From positions 3,205,375 to 3,269,374 of the forward strand of contig CAVNZM010000017.1 in the NCBI GenBank assembly GCA_963693365.1: a DNA stretch of 64,000 nucleotides, read 5' to 3'. Shown here in pieces: positions 1-10,375 of this stretch (its first letter is position 1; each line of letters opens with the position of its first letter). The notes below the pieces were generated by a model. It did no database searches. It saw only the letters and a list, made by a program, of their open reading frames with translations, and was not told where the DNA came from. The stretch comes from Amoebidium appalachense. Taxonomy: Eukaryota > Protista > Ichthyosporea. A program made the translations under genes and the position numbers.

Positions 1-782
1 TCATGTTTTATTCACAATGTGCATTAAACAATGCCCATACAATTGCAAAACTCCAAATTGCTGTTGTGGAACTACCGTACCCAGCTCCGTTCATTAACCA
101 GCATGTCGCTTGTTTGCTACCCCTCAAGAACTGTGATACTTCACCTGAAAGATAATGTGCTATCGTGGCTTGCTATGTGGTCGAAGGAACTTATATCGCT
201 GTTTGCAAACGGACACCCAACAGTTAAAACGTTGATAAATATATAATTGGATGCTTCCAAAGATGTTTGGGTCGCATTCCATGCACATCCTAGTTTGGGT
301 CCTAGTGTGCCTAATAGAGATACAATATACATTTTTACAAAATATACAAGGGATAACCGAGCATTTCCATAGAAAACACCCAAATCTCAAAAGTCCTAAG
401 TACCCTCCTCAAGGGCTCCTAATCCGCTATTAGAGATATCTTTATTATGTCTAAAACGCTTCTGAACATCAGACTAAAAAGATTTTATGATATCAAATAG
501 ACTATCATAATGGTATCATACGGATATAACGAGGTTGTTGAATACATGGAACACAGGATAGAACAACGATGGGTTCAGGGTGCTCCGTATGAGCCCATTA
601 TGAGATCATTTTGATATCTAGCAAAAGATACCAAAATGATATCCAGAAAACCCGTGATAGCAAAACGATGCTGTTATGTTATCTAAAAGACAAGAGGGGG
701 ATAAAGAGTGGCAAAAAGATGGGTTTATGGGTTTATGATATCTTTAATGGGTTTTTAATGGGTTTCGGATGCCGGATGAAGT

Positions 783-1928
783 TTGCTGATGATGGTGAAG
801 CACGCCCCATACCAGATCGAGGAGTACAAAAAGAGTACCATCCCTGGGAACCCAACACCCCCATATTTGCAGGAGGATTCGGTAGCAGACTTCTTGTTTG
901 ACAAACTGTACCGCGGGGCCCAACAAATTTCGGGGTCCATAAAAGATTTGATAGGGTTGGGGTCTGTGTGGACTTCGCCTGCAGTAGAGGGGAGAACCAA
1001 TACTATAGTAATGCTACAGACATATCTTCCGAAGTCCACAATTTTCGCCCCCGGAGAATTGCTCCGTACACAACCCAACAACGAGTCAATGACTGTCCAG
1101 CAATCGTTTAGGAATCTCAGGAACGATGGCTTCATGACCACCATATCGATGCCTAAATGGAAGTTCTTTTTTAGGAACGAACTCGCAACAATGTTGTTCC
1201 AATGGCTGACTGACCCCCAACGGGTGCCCTACTTTATTATATACACAGGTGAAGTGCACCATGCTTCTGTCATCATACTCGTTTCAGGTGACAAGTCGAG
1301 TATAGTTCTGGAGTTCTTCAATGTCCATGCCCCGAGTAGCACGTTGACAAAAGCCCTTGTCTCATTCATGAGAAGCGCTGATCCCACAGGCAAGCTGAAA
1401 GACATACTTCGATCCCTCAAACCCGAAAGTGTTTGCACTGATTTGCAAAATCTTCATGGAAAAAGGACATTGTACGACGAATTGTTTGACAGAGACGAGG
1501 TGGTCGATGGGGCCTGTGCGTCTTGGTTGAGTATTTACATACTGTTGCGGACTTCACAAGCCGACTGGTCGTCCATACCGGGTGCGGATGGGCACACCAT
1601 AGGCGAGCGGATCTGCAACTTCATCAAGACGAAAATCGCAAGGGATGGGGGATTCCAAGCGGTTTATAAGGTCGGGGGGACGATCGCGATGTACGGAAAG
1701 CGCCTGGTCGAACTCTACGGGGCTAAGATGTATCAAACTGCGGATTGGTGGGCGCAAGACGGCGTCAATCAACAGGAGCGTTACCGAGAGGTCGTGGACA
1801 TGGTGCTTTCCAAGAAAGTTCTCGTATTGACCGATGCCGAGCTCAAGGATGCAGGACTGCCAACACGCAAGGACGGCGAGCAGCTTGTGAACGAGGTCCG
1901 AGAACAAGCGGCGCGCCTCCTCCCCTGA
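783..1928 (+). CDS. Putative CE-clan (Ulp1/adenain-like) cysteine protease of viral type; may be 5'-truncated
   Basis: 381-aa ORF with the motif order HHASVIIL...LEFFNVH...DLQ...DGACASWLSIYILLR, matching the His...(acidic/Asn)...Gln...Cys arrangement. Confidence 0.55.
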   Translation: MLMMVKHAPYQIEEYKKSTIPGNPTPPYLQEDSVADFLFDKLYRGAQQISGSIKDLIGLGSVWTSPAVEGRTNTIVMLQTYLPKSTIFAPGELLRTQPNNESMTVQQSFRNLRNDGFMTTISMPKWKFFFRNELATMLFQWLTDPQRVPYFIIYTGEVHHASVIILVSGDKSSIVLEFFNVHAPSSTLTKALVSFMRSADPTGKLKDILRSLKPESVCTDLQNLHGKRTLYDELFDRDEVVDGACASWLSIYILLRTSQADWSSIPGADGHTIGERICNFIKTKIARDGGFQAVYKVGGTIAMYGKRLVELYGAKMYQTADWWAQDGVNQQERYREVVDMVLSKKVLVLTDAELKDAGLPTRKDGEQLVNEVREQAARLLP

Positions 1929-1970
1929 GGGCATCAAAAGGTCAAGAATTGAGGTGGATTGATCCCTGCC

Positions 1971-2336
1971 TCAGCGGAGGACCTCCCTTCTCAGCGCAGC
2001 GGCCAGCCGCGCGAGCCAGGCGGTGCGGTCGTCGCCCAGGCGTGTGGCAAAGTCGGCATAGGACATCTGTGCCGAGAACCATTGACCCTTCTCCTCGTTC
2101 CAGTAGCGCAGGCCGTTGACATTGGAAACTTCCATGCGCGGGCACCGGCCACATTCGCCAAAACGGGCTGTGTCGGCCTCCCAGCCCGCAGCCAGGCGCT
2201 TGTCATAAAGCAGGGCGGCACAGGCGGGTGCGTCGCAGGGCGGGTCACGACCGAACACCGTGCGCACCGCATCTCGCAGCGCAAGCGCAAGCAGGGTGGT
2301 CACGCAGAGGGCCATGAGCAGGAGTACCAGCTGCAT
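1971..2336 (-). CDS. Small signal-anchor/secreted hypothetical protein
   Basis: ATG start, hydrophobic N-terminus MQLVLLLMALCVTTLLALAL, several Cys, GC-rich third codon positions. Confidence 0.6.
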   Translation of the reverse strand: MQLVLLLMALCVTTLLALALRDAVRTVFGRDPPCDAPACAALLYDKRLAAGWEADTARFGECGRCPRMEVSNVNGLRYWNEEKGQWFSAQMSYADFATRLGDDRTAWLARLAAALRREVLR

Positions 2337-2384
2337 TGTTACGTCACGGGCGCATTTTGTGCCGGCTTAATCTTCCTGTAGTGC

Positions 2385-2972
2385 ATGCACATCACGCACG
2401 GCGACCGCTTCGTCAGCCGCAACCTCGCGCTGCTCAGCTGCCCGGTGGAGTGGCCCGAGGACCTGGCCAACACGAGGCACACGGGCATGGGCCTGCGGTG
2501 GCGGCGTGACGGCGACAAGGTCACCGCCATGCTCGGTGAGACACGCATGTACTGGAGGGCGCTGCCCGAGGCCAACGTCGTCACGTTCACCGATGACCCG
2601 GCTCAGGCGAGCTCTTTTGGGTTCAGCGACTGCCCGCTCCCGCAGCCCAACCACGTTCCCGACACGGGTCTGGCGAGCGTGCGGGTGCGTCTGCACGACA
2701 AAGACCTGCCGGCTCTCCCCCCACCTAGCGCACCGCCCCAGGGCCGCGTGGAGCTCGGCGTGGCCTTCTCCATCGGCGTGCTCGGCGTGGGGCCCCTGCC
2801 CATGCCCTCGTGGTTTGTGTCCTCGGTCGCAGACACGAGCCCCACCATGCAGTATGGGTTCCGCGGCGTCAACCTTTCGCTGTGCCTGCTGCACGTGTGG
2901 CGCGTGCGCGTGTGCGTGGACCTGTTCCCGTTCCCGGGCCTGACGCTTTTTCTGGCGCTGCTCGAGCTCTGA
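2385..2972 (+). CDS. Hypothetical viral protein
   Basis: 195-aa ATG ORF that tiles neatly between its neighbours, with GC3-rich codons; no motif recognised. Confidence 0.55.
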   Translation: MHITHGDRFVSRNLALLSCPVEWPEDLANTRHTGMGLRWRRDGDKVTAMLGETRMYWRALPEANVVTFTDDPAQASSFGFSDCPLPQPNHVPDTGLASVRVRLHDKDLPALPPPSAPPQGRVELGVAFSIGVLGVGPLPMPSWFVSSVADTSPTMQYGFRGVNLSLCLLHVWRVRVCVDLFPFPGLTLFLALLEL

Positions 2973-2992
2973 TATTTTGTAGCCATCTATCA

Positions 2993-3370
2993 ATGCGTGC
3001 GCTGCTCCTGTGTCCCCCCCTGCTTGCACTGGTCCTTGCGGCCCCCGAGTGCCTGGTGTTTGCGAGCTCGGCAACCCTTGCGGCAACCACCGCGCACGTG
3101 CCGCCCAGTTCCACTGCCGAAACAAAGACGTGGTGGGCGACCCTGACGCACGTGGAGACAGCCGCCGCTTCGATTCAAACCATCGAAACCACCTCGGCCT
3201 CGGAAACTCCCACCGAAACGGACACCGACGTATTCGAGATCCCCACCTCCATCACTGAAGGCGACCCAACCGACGAACCCATGCCCACGATGCCCGTGGA
3301 CCCGCCCGCACCACCCGCCGGGGTGAACGCATCCAACTGGGAGTGCCGTTGCACGCTCATCAGACGTTAA
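2993..3370 (+). CDS. Secreted Ser/Thr/Pro-rich (mucin-like) protein
   Basis: ATG at 2993 gives a MRALLLCPPLLALVLAA signal peptide, a T/S/E/P-rich body and C-terminal WECRC. Confidence 0.65.
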   Translation: MRALLLCPPLLALVLAAPECLVFASSATLAATTAHVPPSSTAETKTWWATLTHVETAAASIQTIETTSASETPTETDTDVFEIPTSITEGDPTDEPMPTMPVDPPAPPAGVNASNWECRCTLIRR

Positions 3371-3450
3371 TCATTTCTCGGAAAACCAGAGTTGGCCTGT
3401 CCATTCTTTGTTTTGTTCAGCCACGCCAGCTTTTAATTTGCGCAAGAAGA

Positions 3451-3954
3451 ATGGACTTGTCAAATGCGATTGCCTTAATCATTCTAATGCTTACTATCGG
3501 TGTGTTGGCATGGGCATACATCAAGTACGAACCCAAACCTGCCCCTGGCAAAAACAACAGTACCCCTAAGCCTGGCCCCGGCAAAAACGACAGTACCCCT
3601 GCAGTCGCACGGACACAGTGGTATGCTTTCGACCAAGTGGGGGACCACAGCACGGACAACACGTTTAACGACTGGCAAGACCCGGTGAACTATGGGTACA
3701 CGTCGGCCAGTCAGTGCATTAACCGATGCCAATCTATGAGCGGATGCCAACAGGTGGGCTATTCGCCATGGCAGGATATGGACGGGAAGCGGCCAAAAGG
3801 CTATTGCTACATGAGAAAAGCCGTCAAGAAATGGCCGTTGGATGCGTGGTCAAACAAGTCCGGTGTGGCTGCATCGGAATCGCAGGTCACGTATGTGATG
3901 GCCGCACAAGTGCCGGAGAGCGAGAAGCAACATGGCAAGCTGGTTGAGTTCTAG
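3451..3954 (+). CDS. Membrane-anchored protein with PAN/Apple-like Cys domain
   Basis: N-terminal TM helix (IALIILMLTIGVLAWAY), duplicated PKP-PGKN-ST linker, then SASQCINRCQSMSGCQQVGY...GYCYMR. Confidence 0.65.
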   Translation: MDLSNAIALIILMLTIGVLAWAYIKYEPKPAPGKNNSTPKPGPGKNDSTPAVARTQWYAFDQVGDHSTDNTFNDWQDPVNYGYTSASQCINRCQSMSGCQQVGYSPWQDMDGKRPKGYCYMRKAVKKWPLDAWSNKSGVAASESQVTYVMAAQVPESEKQHGKLVEF

Positions 3955-4132
3955 CATGAATCAGATGAACAAATGTAAGAAAGGCTGGCATTTCCATTGC
4001 CCCCTGGTTTGGGTGCACGCTGCTACAAAGATATTTGGCAACCTTGTTTTTCTTTGTCGTGTATATGGCCAATTTGATGGCTGTTTGATCTTGTGTCTAG
4101 AGCTGGCTTCTTTTTTATTGTGCCCCAATGTA

Positions 4133-5492
4133 ATGTCGCATGCGCGCTCCCGCATCCTTGACGACATGGCGTCCCACATCGATTTCTCGGCAGCCGTGGC
4201 GCGCCGGGCAGCGTTCCCGCACGGGCCAGCCCTGCCCTCGGCCCCCCGCAGCGTGTCGGTGCCGAGCGAGGCGCCCCCGCGTGTCGAGCCCCCGCAGCCG
4301 CCGCAGGGCCAGTGGCGCTACCACTTCGTGACGGGCGGGTCCGAGTGCCGGCCGCTGCAGGTGGAGTTTCCCGCCACCCAGTCCGTGCACGGCATCCGTG
4401 TTGAGGGCATCAAGGCGCACAGCGTGTACGACGTGTGCGAGGGCGCCAACAAGCTCACGCTGTCGCTGTCGTACCTGGACTCGCCCGACGGCCGGCCCCC
4501 AGGCATGTGGGTGAAGGCGTCCACCGACGTGTACCTGCCTGTGGGCAACTACACCCTGGACACCCTGTGCGCCGAACTCGAGATGCGTCTGGACGCCGCC
4601 ATCGCCGCATGCTTCAACCCCAGCTACAGCCCCGAGGAGGTGGCGGACATTTTGGAGATGTACCCCGACACGCTGCCCTACTACGCCAGCGTCACACACA
4701 CGGAGCAGTTGCGCCGGGACGCCGAGCGCAACGGCGAGGCGTGGACCAGGCACCAGGACTTTGTGTGCAAGACGCGGTGGGCGCCACGCCGGCAGGGCCC
4801 GCGCGACGAGATCGCATTCGAGGCGCTGATGCTCGCGCAGCTGTACTACAGGGAGAACGCATGGGCGTGGCGTGAGCTGGCCAACGAGCGTGACACCCAC
4901 GGGCGCATCCAGTGGCCGTTCCACAACACGCTGTACAACCTCATGACGCCCTCGAAGCTCGCGCTGCCCGGGCGACTGGTCATCAGCATCCACCACCGCA
5001 AGAACATGGACCCGGACACCATGAAGCACTGGCTGCCGTATGCGTCGGTGCCGACGTTCTTGCTTGACGTGTGCCGGGGGCTCGGGAGCGTGCTGGGAAT
5101 GGCGGCCGGCGCGCACGTCAGCCACAGCCTGACAGCGGGGCTGCCTCCGCTGGCCCGCTACTTCGACGGGCGAGACCATGCGGCCGTGGAGGAGGGCGAC
5201 CAGCAGCTGCCGTGCCAGGGCGACAACATCCAGTGCGTGTTTGGGACGGATGCACCCCCTGGGCCCGCGGGGGGCGCTCATGGTGCACGTCATGCAGGGC
5301 GAGACGAACCTGCAGGGGCGCATCATGGCGCCGGGCGTGCAGGGGGCGGCGGGCGGGGCGGTGGACGACATGCTGGCGAGCCCGCAGATCTTGGGGACGC
5401 TGGACCACGTCGACACGCTGCGGCTGGTGGTGGTGGACGAGACCGGGACAAGGGTGAGCGGGTGCTTCTCGGCGCTGGTCGCGGTTAAATAA
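4133..5492 (+). pseudogene. Minor capsid / penton-like protein with one frameshift near 5240
   Basis: SVYDVCEGANKL...VYLPVGNYTLDTLCAELE and LGSVLGM resemble the penton insertion-domain motifs. The +1 frame ends in DTLRLVVVDETGTRVSGCFSALVAVK*, a typical penton C-terminus, followed by AATAAA. Confidence 0.6.
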
Positions 5493-5922
5493 AAGAGACT
5501 CCCAGATAATTCCCGACCTCTACCCGCCCATAGCCGCCCTGTCAGCGGGGCGTTCAACCTGTGGGAACCTAGGCACGAACGAGAAGGACTCGAATGTCGC
5601 GTACGCCGCACGACTGGTTCGACATCATTTTGAGTGCTCCACAAGTTGATGGAGAGACAGACGTCCCCCATAGCCCACTTGTATGTCTGGGTGTTGCGGG
5701 GTTTCAGATGTGCGTCTTCCAACTTGAAATGTTGGGTATTGCGTTTGACAAACTTGAAGAAGCAGTAGGGCTTTACCGACAATGTCTGTGTTGAAGCCAT
5801 CTACACAACAGCCGAATTTTTCGACATATGGGTGGTTCCCTGGGACAGTTTCGGATGGGTTCCCGCGCGGGGGTGGGGGGGGGGGATTGCGTCCATTCTG
5901 TGACCGATATATGCAAAAGAGT

Positions 5923-6335
5923 TTATATCCCTGCTGCACCGATGCCAGCAGGCTTGACGCAGCAGAAGTCCGGCGCGCACGGCATCGACGTGGCCCTGCG
6001 CCGCTTGCACCGCAGCACCCCGCCGGTCTTGGGGTCCGGTCGGTAGAGGTTGCAGCCCACAAACTGGTTGCACGGCACGAGCGACGGATTCTGCGGCACC
6101 ACCGTGCGGCACAGCCACCCGCACCCCACCCCCGGCACCGGCACCTGCGAGCACACGGGCGCTGCGGTGGCCGTCTGCGCAACGAGCCGTGTGCATCTGG
6201 ATGGTTGGGTGAGGGTGGGCGTCGGGGTGGTTGGCGCCGGCGTCGGGGGGGGGCCGTCACGGTCACGTAGCTGGCGGCGGCGGCGGCGGCGGCTTGTGCA
6301 AGTAGGGCAACGAGCACGTACATTACCGTGTGCAT
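5923..6335 (-). CDS. Secreted Cys-rich protein, frameshifted at the G-run 6245-6253
   Basis: Signal peptide MHTVMYVLVALLAQAAA. Correcting the homopolymer gives TAPP(P)TPAPTTPTPT...VCSQVPVPGVGCGWLC...PCAPDFCCVK*. Confidence 0.55.
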
Positions 6336-6416
6336 GGATAATAGTTGTGGGCGCAGGGGTGTTCTTGTTTGTTGGGGGGTGGGGGGCGGGAGGTCCCAGA
6401 GCTGGTTGTGTTCTAT

Positions 6417-6599
6417 TTATTGGGGCCTGCCCTCTGTTTGAAGAAACGAAACTTTGAAGGTATGTCGTTGGGCTACTGCGATTGAAGAAACGAAACTTTG
6501 AAGGTATGTTGTTGGGTCCGGAACAGCAGGTGACAACTTCCCTCCCTTACCAAACGAGCAATTGGTCACTTTGACCAATTGGTCCCCTGTCGTATCCAA
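6417..6599 (-). pseudogene. Relic of a Bro/KilA-like paralog
   Basis: LVKVTNCSFGKGGKLSPAVP aligns with LNVTNCQFQVGGKASPGVP of the 7658-8845 protein. It contains a ~28-bp direct duplication (ttgaagaaacgaaactttgaaggtatgt). Confidence 0.5.
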
Positions 6600-6633
6600 T
6601 AGATGCTGGTTGGTGTGCCTCGGCCACTATAAA

Positions 6634-7546
6634 CTACACAACGTGCTTCGCCAGGAAGCTCACAGGGTACAGCTTGACCGTGCGCACGTCCCCGTTGACC
6701 ACCATCTGCGTCGTCTCGGGCTCGCACCCCATCTCGTCACGCCAGGCCTTGCTGACCATGCGGCCGAGCGCAGAGGCGGATTTGCACTTGATGCCACGGT
6801 CGACCACAAACTTCCCCACCGTGACATAGTCGGAGAGGGTGGTGCCTTCGATGGCTCGCAGACCCTGGTTGGGGAGCAGCATGTTGGAGACCGAGTCGTT
6901 GACGAGCTGACGCATGCACGGGTCACGGTCCAGCCCCAGGCGCTCAAGCAGCGCCTCGTACTGGGCGAGGTTGTCCATAGCCATCTTCTGGTTCTCCCTC
7001 TCGAGACGCGTGATCTCCGCCTCCTCCCGGCGCAGACGCAGCCTCCGCTCCTCCTCCAGCTCCTCGCGGCGCCGCTTGCGGTCAGGGGGTCTCGTCCGTG
7101 CCGTTGCGGAAGAACTCGCGCTCCTCGGGGCTGCTGTTGTCGAAGCGGGCCTCGATCTCCTCGATGAGAAGCAAATCGCCAGAGAGGAGGCGCGCCATGT
7201 ACTGGGCAGAAGTCTTACGGAAATCATGAGCGCGCTTGCCAGGGAGCAGGTAGATGATCTCGAGGAGGGTGCGGAAGGGGGCAACATCTGTCTCAAGACC
7301 CTTGCCGTTGATTTTCAGACCGTAAGCCGCGCTTACGGTTTCACTTACGGATGGATCAGAGCTGTCTCTGAGAGATTTCCATGCCATGCGGGCTGCTTCA
7401 CGGTTTCCGAGCACAAGAGCGATGACATCCAAAACACTTGCATTCTTGGTTTTGCTGTCAATTCGCACAGTGGTGCCCTTGAACTGGGGGAACTCCTTCC
7501 ACAGAAGCGACATGTCCACCTTTGAGTTGTTCTGTCCGGTAGCCAT
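6634..7546 (-). pseudogene. Bro/KilA-N-like DNA-binding protein with coiled coil; frameshift at the homopolymer 7085-7089
   Basis: N-terminal VRID...ASVLDVI...GKGLETDVAP...IYLLPGKRAHDFRKTSA...RLLSGDLLLIEEIE is typical of giant-virus Bro-like families. Removing one base fuses it to RKRRREELEEERR...VNGDVRTVKLYP. Confidence 0.65.
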
Positions 7547-7657
7547 CCTGTGTCAGACTGACCCCAGGTGGCCGTGTGTGCTCCTTTTATACCTGCGCGT
7601 GGCACCCTCAGTCGTGCTGAGGGCAGGTTGGTGCTTATCCATTGAAATGTCTTGGGG

Positions 7658-8845
7658 CTACTGCGCTTGCTCCTGGCTGGCTTTCTTGAACACACTGACA
7701 ACCAGGTCCCTTGTCAAGTCGTCCTCCATGTGTTCCCTTGCCATCTCCAGCATGGCTCCTGCAAAAGTGACAAAGTCCACACGGAACAGCTCGCGCTCAA
7801 CGTTCTTGTGTTTGAGTGCCGTGTGCAGGCACTTCTCTGCAAGCGCCAGCTGCTCGGACGGCACGGGAAGCGCAAAGAGCAGGCGCTTGTTGGGCCCCAC
7901 ATGCCACGTACCGGCCTGCTTCATGCGGCCCTTCACGTCCTTCAGGCTCTGGCCGATCTTCAGACAGGGCGGGTCGCCATACTCGGACACAAACACGTAG
8001 ATACCGGACTGCTGCTTGGTGCACACGTGGTTGGTGACCCGGCGCAGCTCATCACTGGCATCCTCGAATTCCGATGGAATGTGGTCCTGCTTGAGATTGT
8101 CTGTGGTCTGAAGTTCCAGAAGCCGACACTGCACCTCGAGTTTCAGGCGCTCCTCGCGAATCACACTTGCCCGCTTGTCACACAGAGCGCCTTCCTCGCG
8201 CATCATCATGATCTCCGTGTACTGAGCAGATTCGGCGATGCGCGCCTCCTTGTACAGACTCAGTGCAGTTTCCATCTCGGCCTGGTTGGTCATGAATTGG
8301 GTGATGTCTCCGAGCTTCAGTCTCTTGGGCTCCCTCTCGGGGGTGCCGGCCGCACCCATTTCCCCCCTCACACTGTCGCGCATGAAAGCGTTGGGTCCTG
8401 ACGGGTTGGCCGCTGCCGTGGCACGGTTGCGCTCAATGTCCTCCACGAGTGTTTCGTCTCCTCCTTCCAGGCGCGCTATATCTTGAGCCCACTTGTCAAT
8501 GATCGCGGAACCATAGCGTGAGCCAGATGCAATTTTTAGGGTTAGCCTACCCAGCGACTTAGCAGGCACACCAGGTGATGCCTTCCCTCCGACTTGAAAT
8601 TGACAGTTGGTCACATTAAGAGAATCTTTGAGTTGAGGGTTTTTCTGCAAGAGACGGCGCAGATAGCAACCCGCTGCGTCTCTATCCAAACCGCGGACAA
8701 GCATGGTATAGTCCACCAAGCTTGCCATCTTCACACCGTCGACCTCACATACTCGAATGGCATAGTCGCCAATGCCAATACATTCGCCTTTTTCAGCGAC
8801 AATCTCGTCTCCGGTCATTACGACTTCGTTGTGTTCAGTTTCCAT
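7658..8845 (-). CDS. Bro/KilA-like N-terminal domain + coiled coil + T5orf172/MUG113 (GIY-YIG) domain
   Basis: Likely start METEHN (ATG 8845). N-terminal ASLVD...RLEGGDETLVEDIE; C-terminal GIYVF...LKIGQS...RMKQ...AEKCLHTALK...RELF. Confidence 0.8.
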   Translation of the reverse strand: METEHNEVVMTGDEIVAEKGECIGIGDYAIRVCEVDGVKMASLVDYTMLVRGLDRDAAGCYLRRLLQKNPQLKDSLNVTNCQFQVGGKASPGVPAKSLGRLTLKIASGSRYGSAIIDKWAQDIARLEGGDETLVEDIERNRATAAANPSGPNAFMRDSVRGEMGAAGTPEREPKRLKLGDITQFMTNQAEMETALSLYKEARIAESAQYTEIMMMREEGALCDKRASVIREERLKLEVQCRLLELQTTDNLKQDHIPSEFEDASDELRRVTNHVCTKQQSGIYVFVSEYGDPPCLKIGQSLKDVKGRMKQAGTWHVGPNKRLLFALPVPSEQLALAEKCLHTALKHKNVERELFRVDFVTFAGAMLEMAREHMEDDLTRDLVVSVFKKASQEQAQ

Positions 8846-8935
8846 GGTTTGCGAGACTGAGGGGTTGGGTTGTGTGTTGGGCTCTTTTATACCTTCGGTC
8901 TCGGCACCGGAACGAACTGATCTTTTCAGGGGAGC

Positions 8936-9165
8936 GTGGGGGGCTGGGAGGGGCTGGGGGTGGCTGGGGGTGCCTCGTCTGCCTCGCATGCCTCGCATGC
9001 CTCGCGCGCAGAACGGCTGTGTGCGCCGTGTGCGCGTGTGCCCGTGTGCCCGTGTGCCTCGCACGCCTCGCGCGCAGAACGTGTTCGTGCTTCCTCTATT
9101 GTTCCTCGTGTGCCCCCCACAGCCAACCCCCAGCCACCCAGGGCCCGGTGGGGGGGGGGGGATTC
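8936..9165. repeat. GC-rich dispersed intergenic repeat with a 14-bp inverted repeat
   Basis: gggtggctgggggt (8958-8971) is the reverse complement of acccccagccaccc (9126-9139). Internal gcctcgcat/gcctcgcgt units; related copies at ~10240-10360 and ~10895-11010. Confidence 0.75.
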
Positions 9166-9197
9166 TCCTCGTTTGATATGAGTGGTCGTGTCATTTT

Positions 9198-10175
9198 ATG
9201 CATATTATGGAAATGCATGGCGCAGACCTCGCATACACAAAAGTTGTTCAAAAGTACTCGCGTGCGGATGGTCAGAGGGATTTTGCGGGTCTTGTGCGCT
9301 GGACCCCACCACCCCTCCGAAAAGGATCACCAACTACGCAAAGCAGAGTCGGCCTGAAGGCGGCAGACGTCTACCTCGCCAAACACCGCTTCAGGGCTTC
9401 CCGTTACCACAAGGGGGGTACACCCCGTCCCAGTGTCTATGACTGTTTGCGCACCAGGGAGGGTAGAGCAAGCCTGCTCAAGGCACAGGCCAGAAATCCA
9501 GGCCGTCACATCCAAAATGCAGCCTCCATAAACTTTGGCGTGCCTGGTCAGTTCAAGCCTGCTGTTGTCAAGCAGCTCTACTCCACCTACTGTCTCAAGG
9601 GACGCGTCCTCGACCCATGCATGGGGTGGGGCAACCGTCTGCTGGCAGCCCTGGCCAGCCCACAGGTCACACACTACTACGGTGTCGACAGCAACGTCGA
9701 CATGGCAGGTGCCTACCGGGATCTGCTGGCAGCATACAACACCGCAGGCAAGCGCGGGGCACAAGCGCTCCACGTGGATACAAAGTGGGCCCCGTTCGAG
9801 GCCGCGGCCGTGCACGGCAAGTTCGACTGCGCCTTCACGAGTCCACCATACTACAAAATAGAGTGCTACGCAAACATGCCAGCCTACTGCGACTACGAAG
9901 ACTGGTGGGCCAGGTTCTACATCCCCATGCTTGAAAAGGTCGTGGCGCACATGGACGCGGATGGCTTTGTCCTCATCAACATACGCCAGAGCATCACCGA
10001 AAGGAGGATGTGCAGGCACATGGCAGGCCTGGGCTGGCCCCTGTACACCAAACACCGCATGCCCATAGCCGTCCGGCCCGGCTCAGGGGTTGCTGGTAGG
10101 CTGGACTACGAGCCCATCTACGTGTTCAGGAGAAAGGGTGCCGTGTCAACTCCAGCCCGCCACACGACCAAATAA
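9198..10175 (+). CDS. Amino (N6-adenine / N4-cytosine) DNA methyltransferase, giant-virus type
   Basis: FKP...VLDPCMGWGNRL (motif I), YYGVDSN and FDCAFTSPPYY (motif IV); intact 325-aa ORF followed by AATAAA. Confidence 0.9.
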   Translation: MHIMEMHGADLAYTKVVQKYSRADGQRDFAGLVRWTPPPLRKGSPTTQSRVGLKAADVYLAKHRFRASRYHKGGTPRPSVYDCLRTREGRASLLKAQARNPGRHIQNAASINFGVPGQFKPAVVKQLYSTYCLKGRVLDPCMGWGNRLLAALASPQVTHYYGVDSNVDMAGAYRDLLAAYNTAGKRGAQALHVDTKWAPFEAAAVHGKFDCAFTSPPYYKIECYANMPAYCDYEDWWARFYIPMLEKVVAHMDADGFVLINIRQSITERRMCRHMAGLGWPLYTKHRMPIAVRPGSGVAGRLDYEPIYVFRRKGAVSTPARHTTK

Positions 10176-10239
10176 AGTCGTGATCTCAAGAGAAAAGCCG
10201 CCCTGCGAGGCGCTGGCGCGGCTGGCGGGTACCTTGTGT

Positions 10240-10360
10240 GGTGTGTGCGTGTGCCCGTGTGCCTCGCCTGCCTCGCGCCGGGTGTGTTCGTGCTTCCTTT
10301 ATTGTTCCTCGTGTGCCCCCCACAGCCCCCCACAGCCACCCCCAGCCACCCGCGCCCCGG
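10240..10360. repeat. Second copy of the GC-rich intergenic repeat
   Basis: gtgttcgtgcttcct(t/c)tattgttcctcgtgtgccccccacagcc is shared with ~9081-9124. Confidence 0.75.
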
Positions 10361-10375
10361 GGAGGTGTCACGCCA

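Noticed and set aside
4115-5800. 561-aa minus-strand ORF
   Set aside because: It is the antisense shadow of the GC3-rich penton-like gene and has no motifs.
8846-9064. N-terminal extension of the 468-aa ORF
   Set aside because: It runs through the GC-rich intergenic repeat; the ATG at 8845 is the more plausible start.
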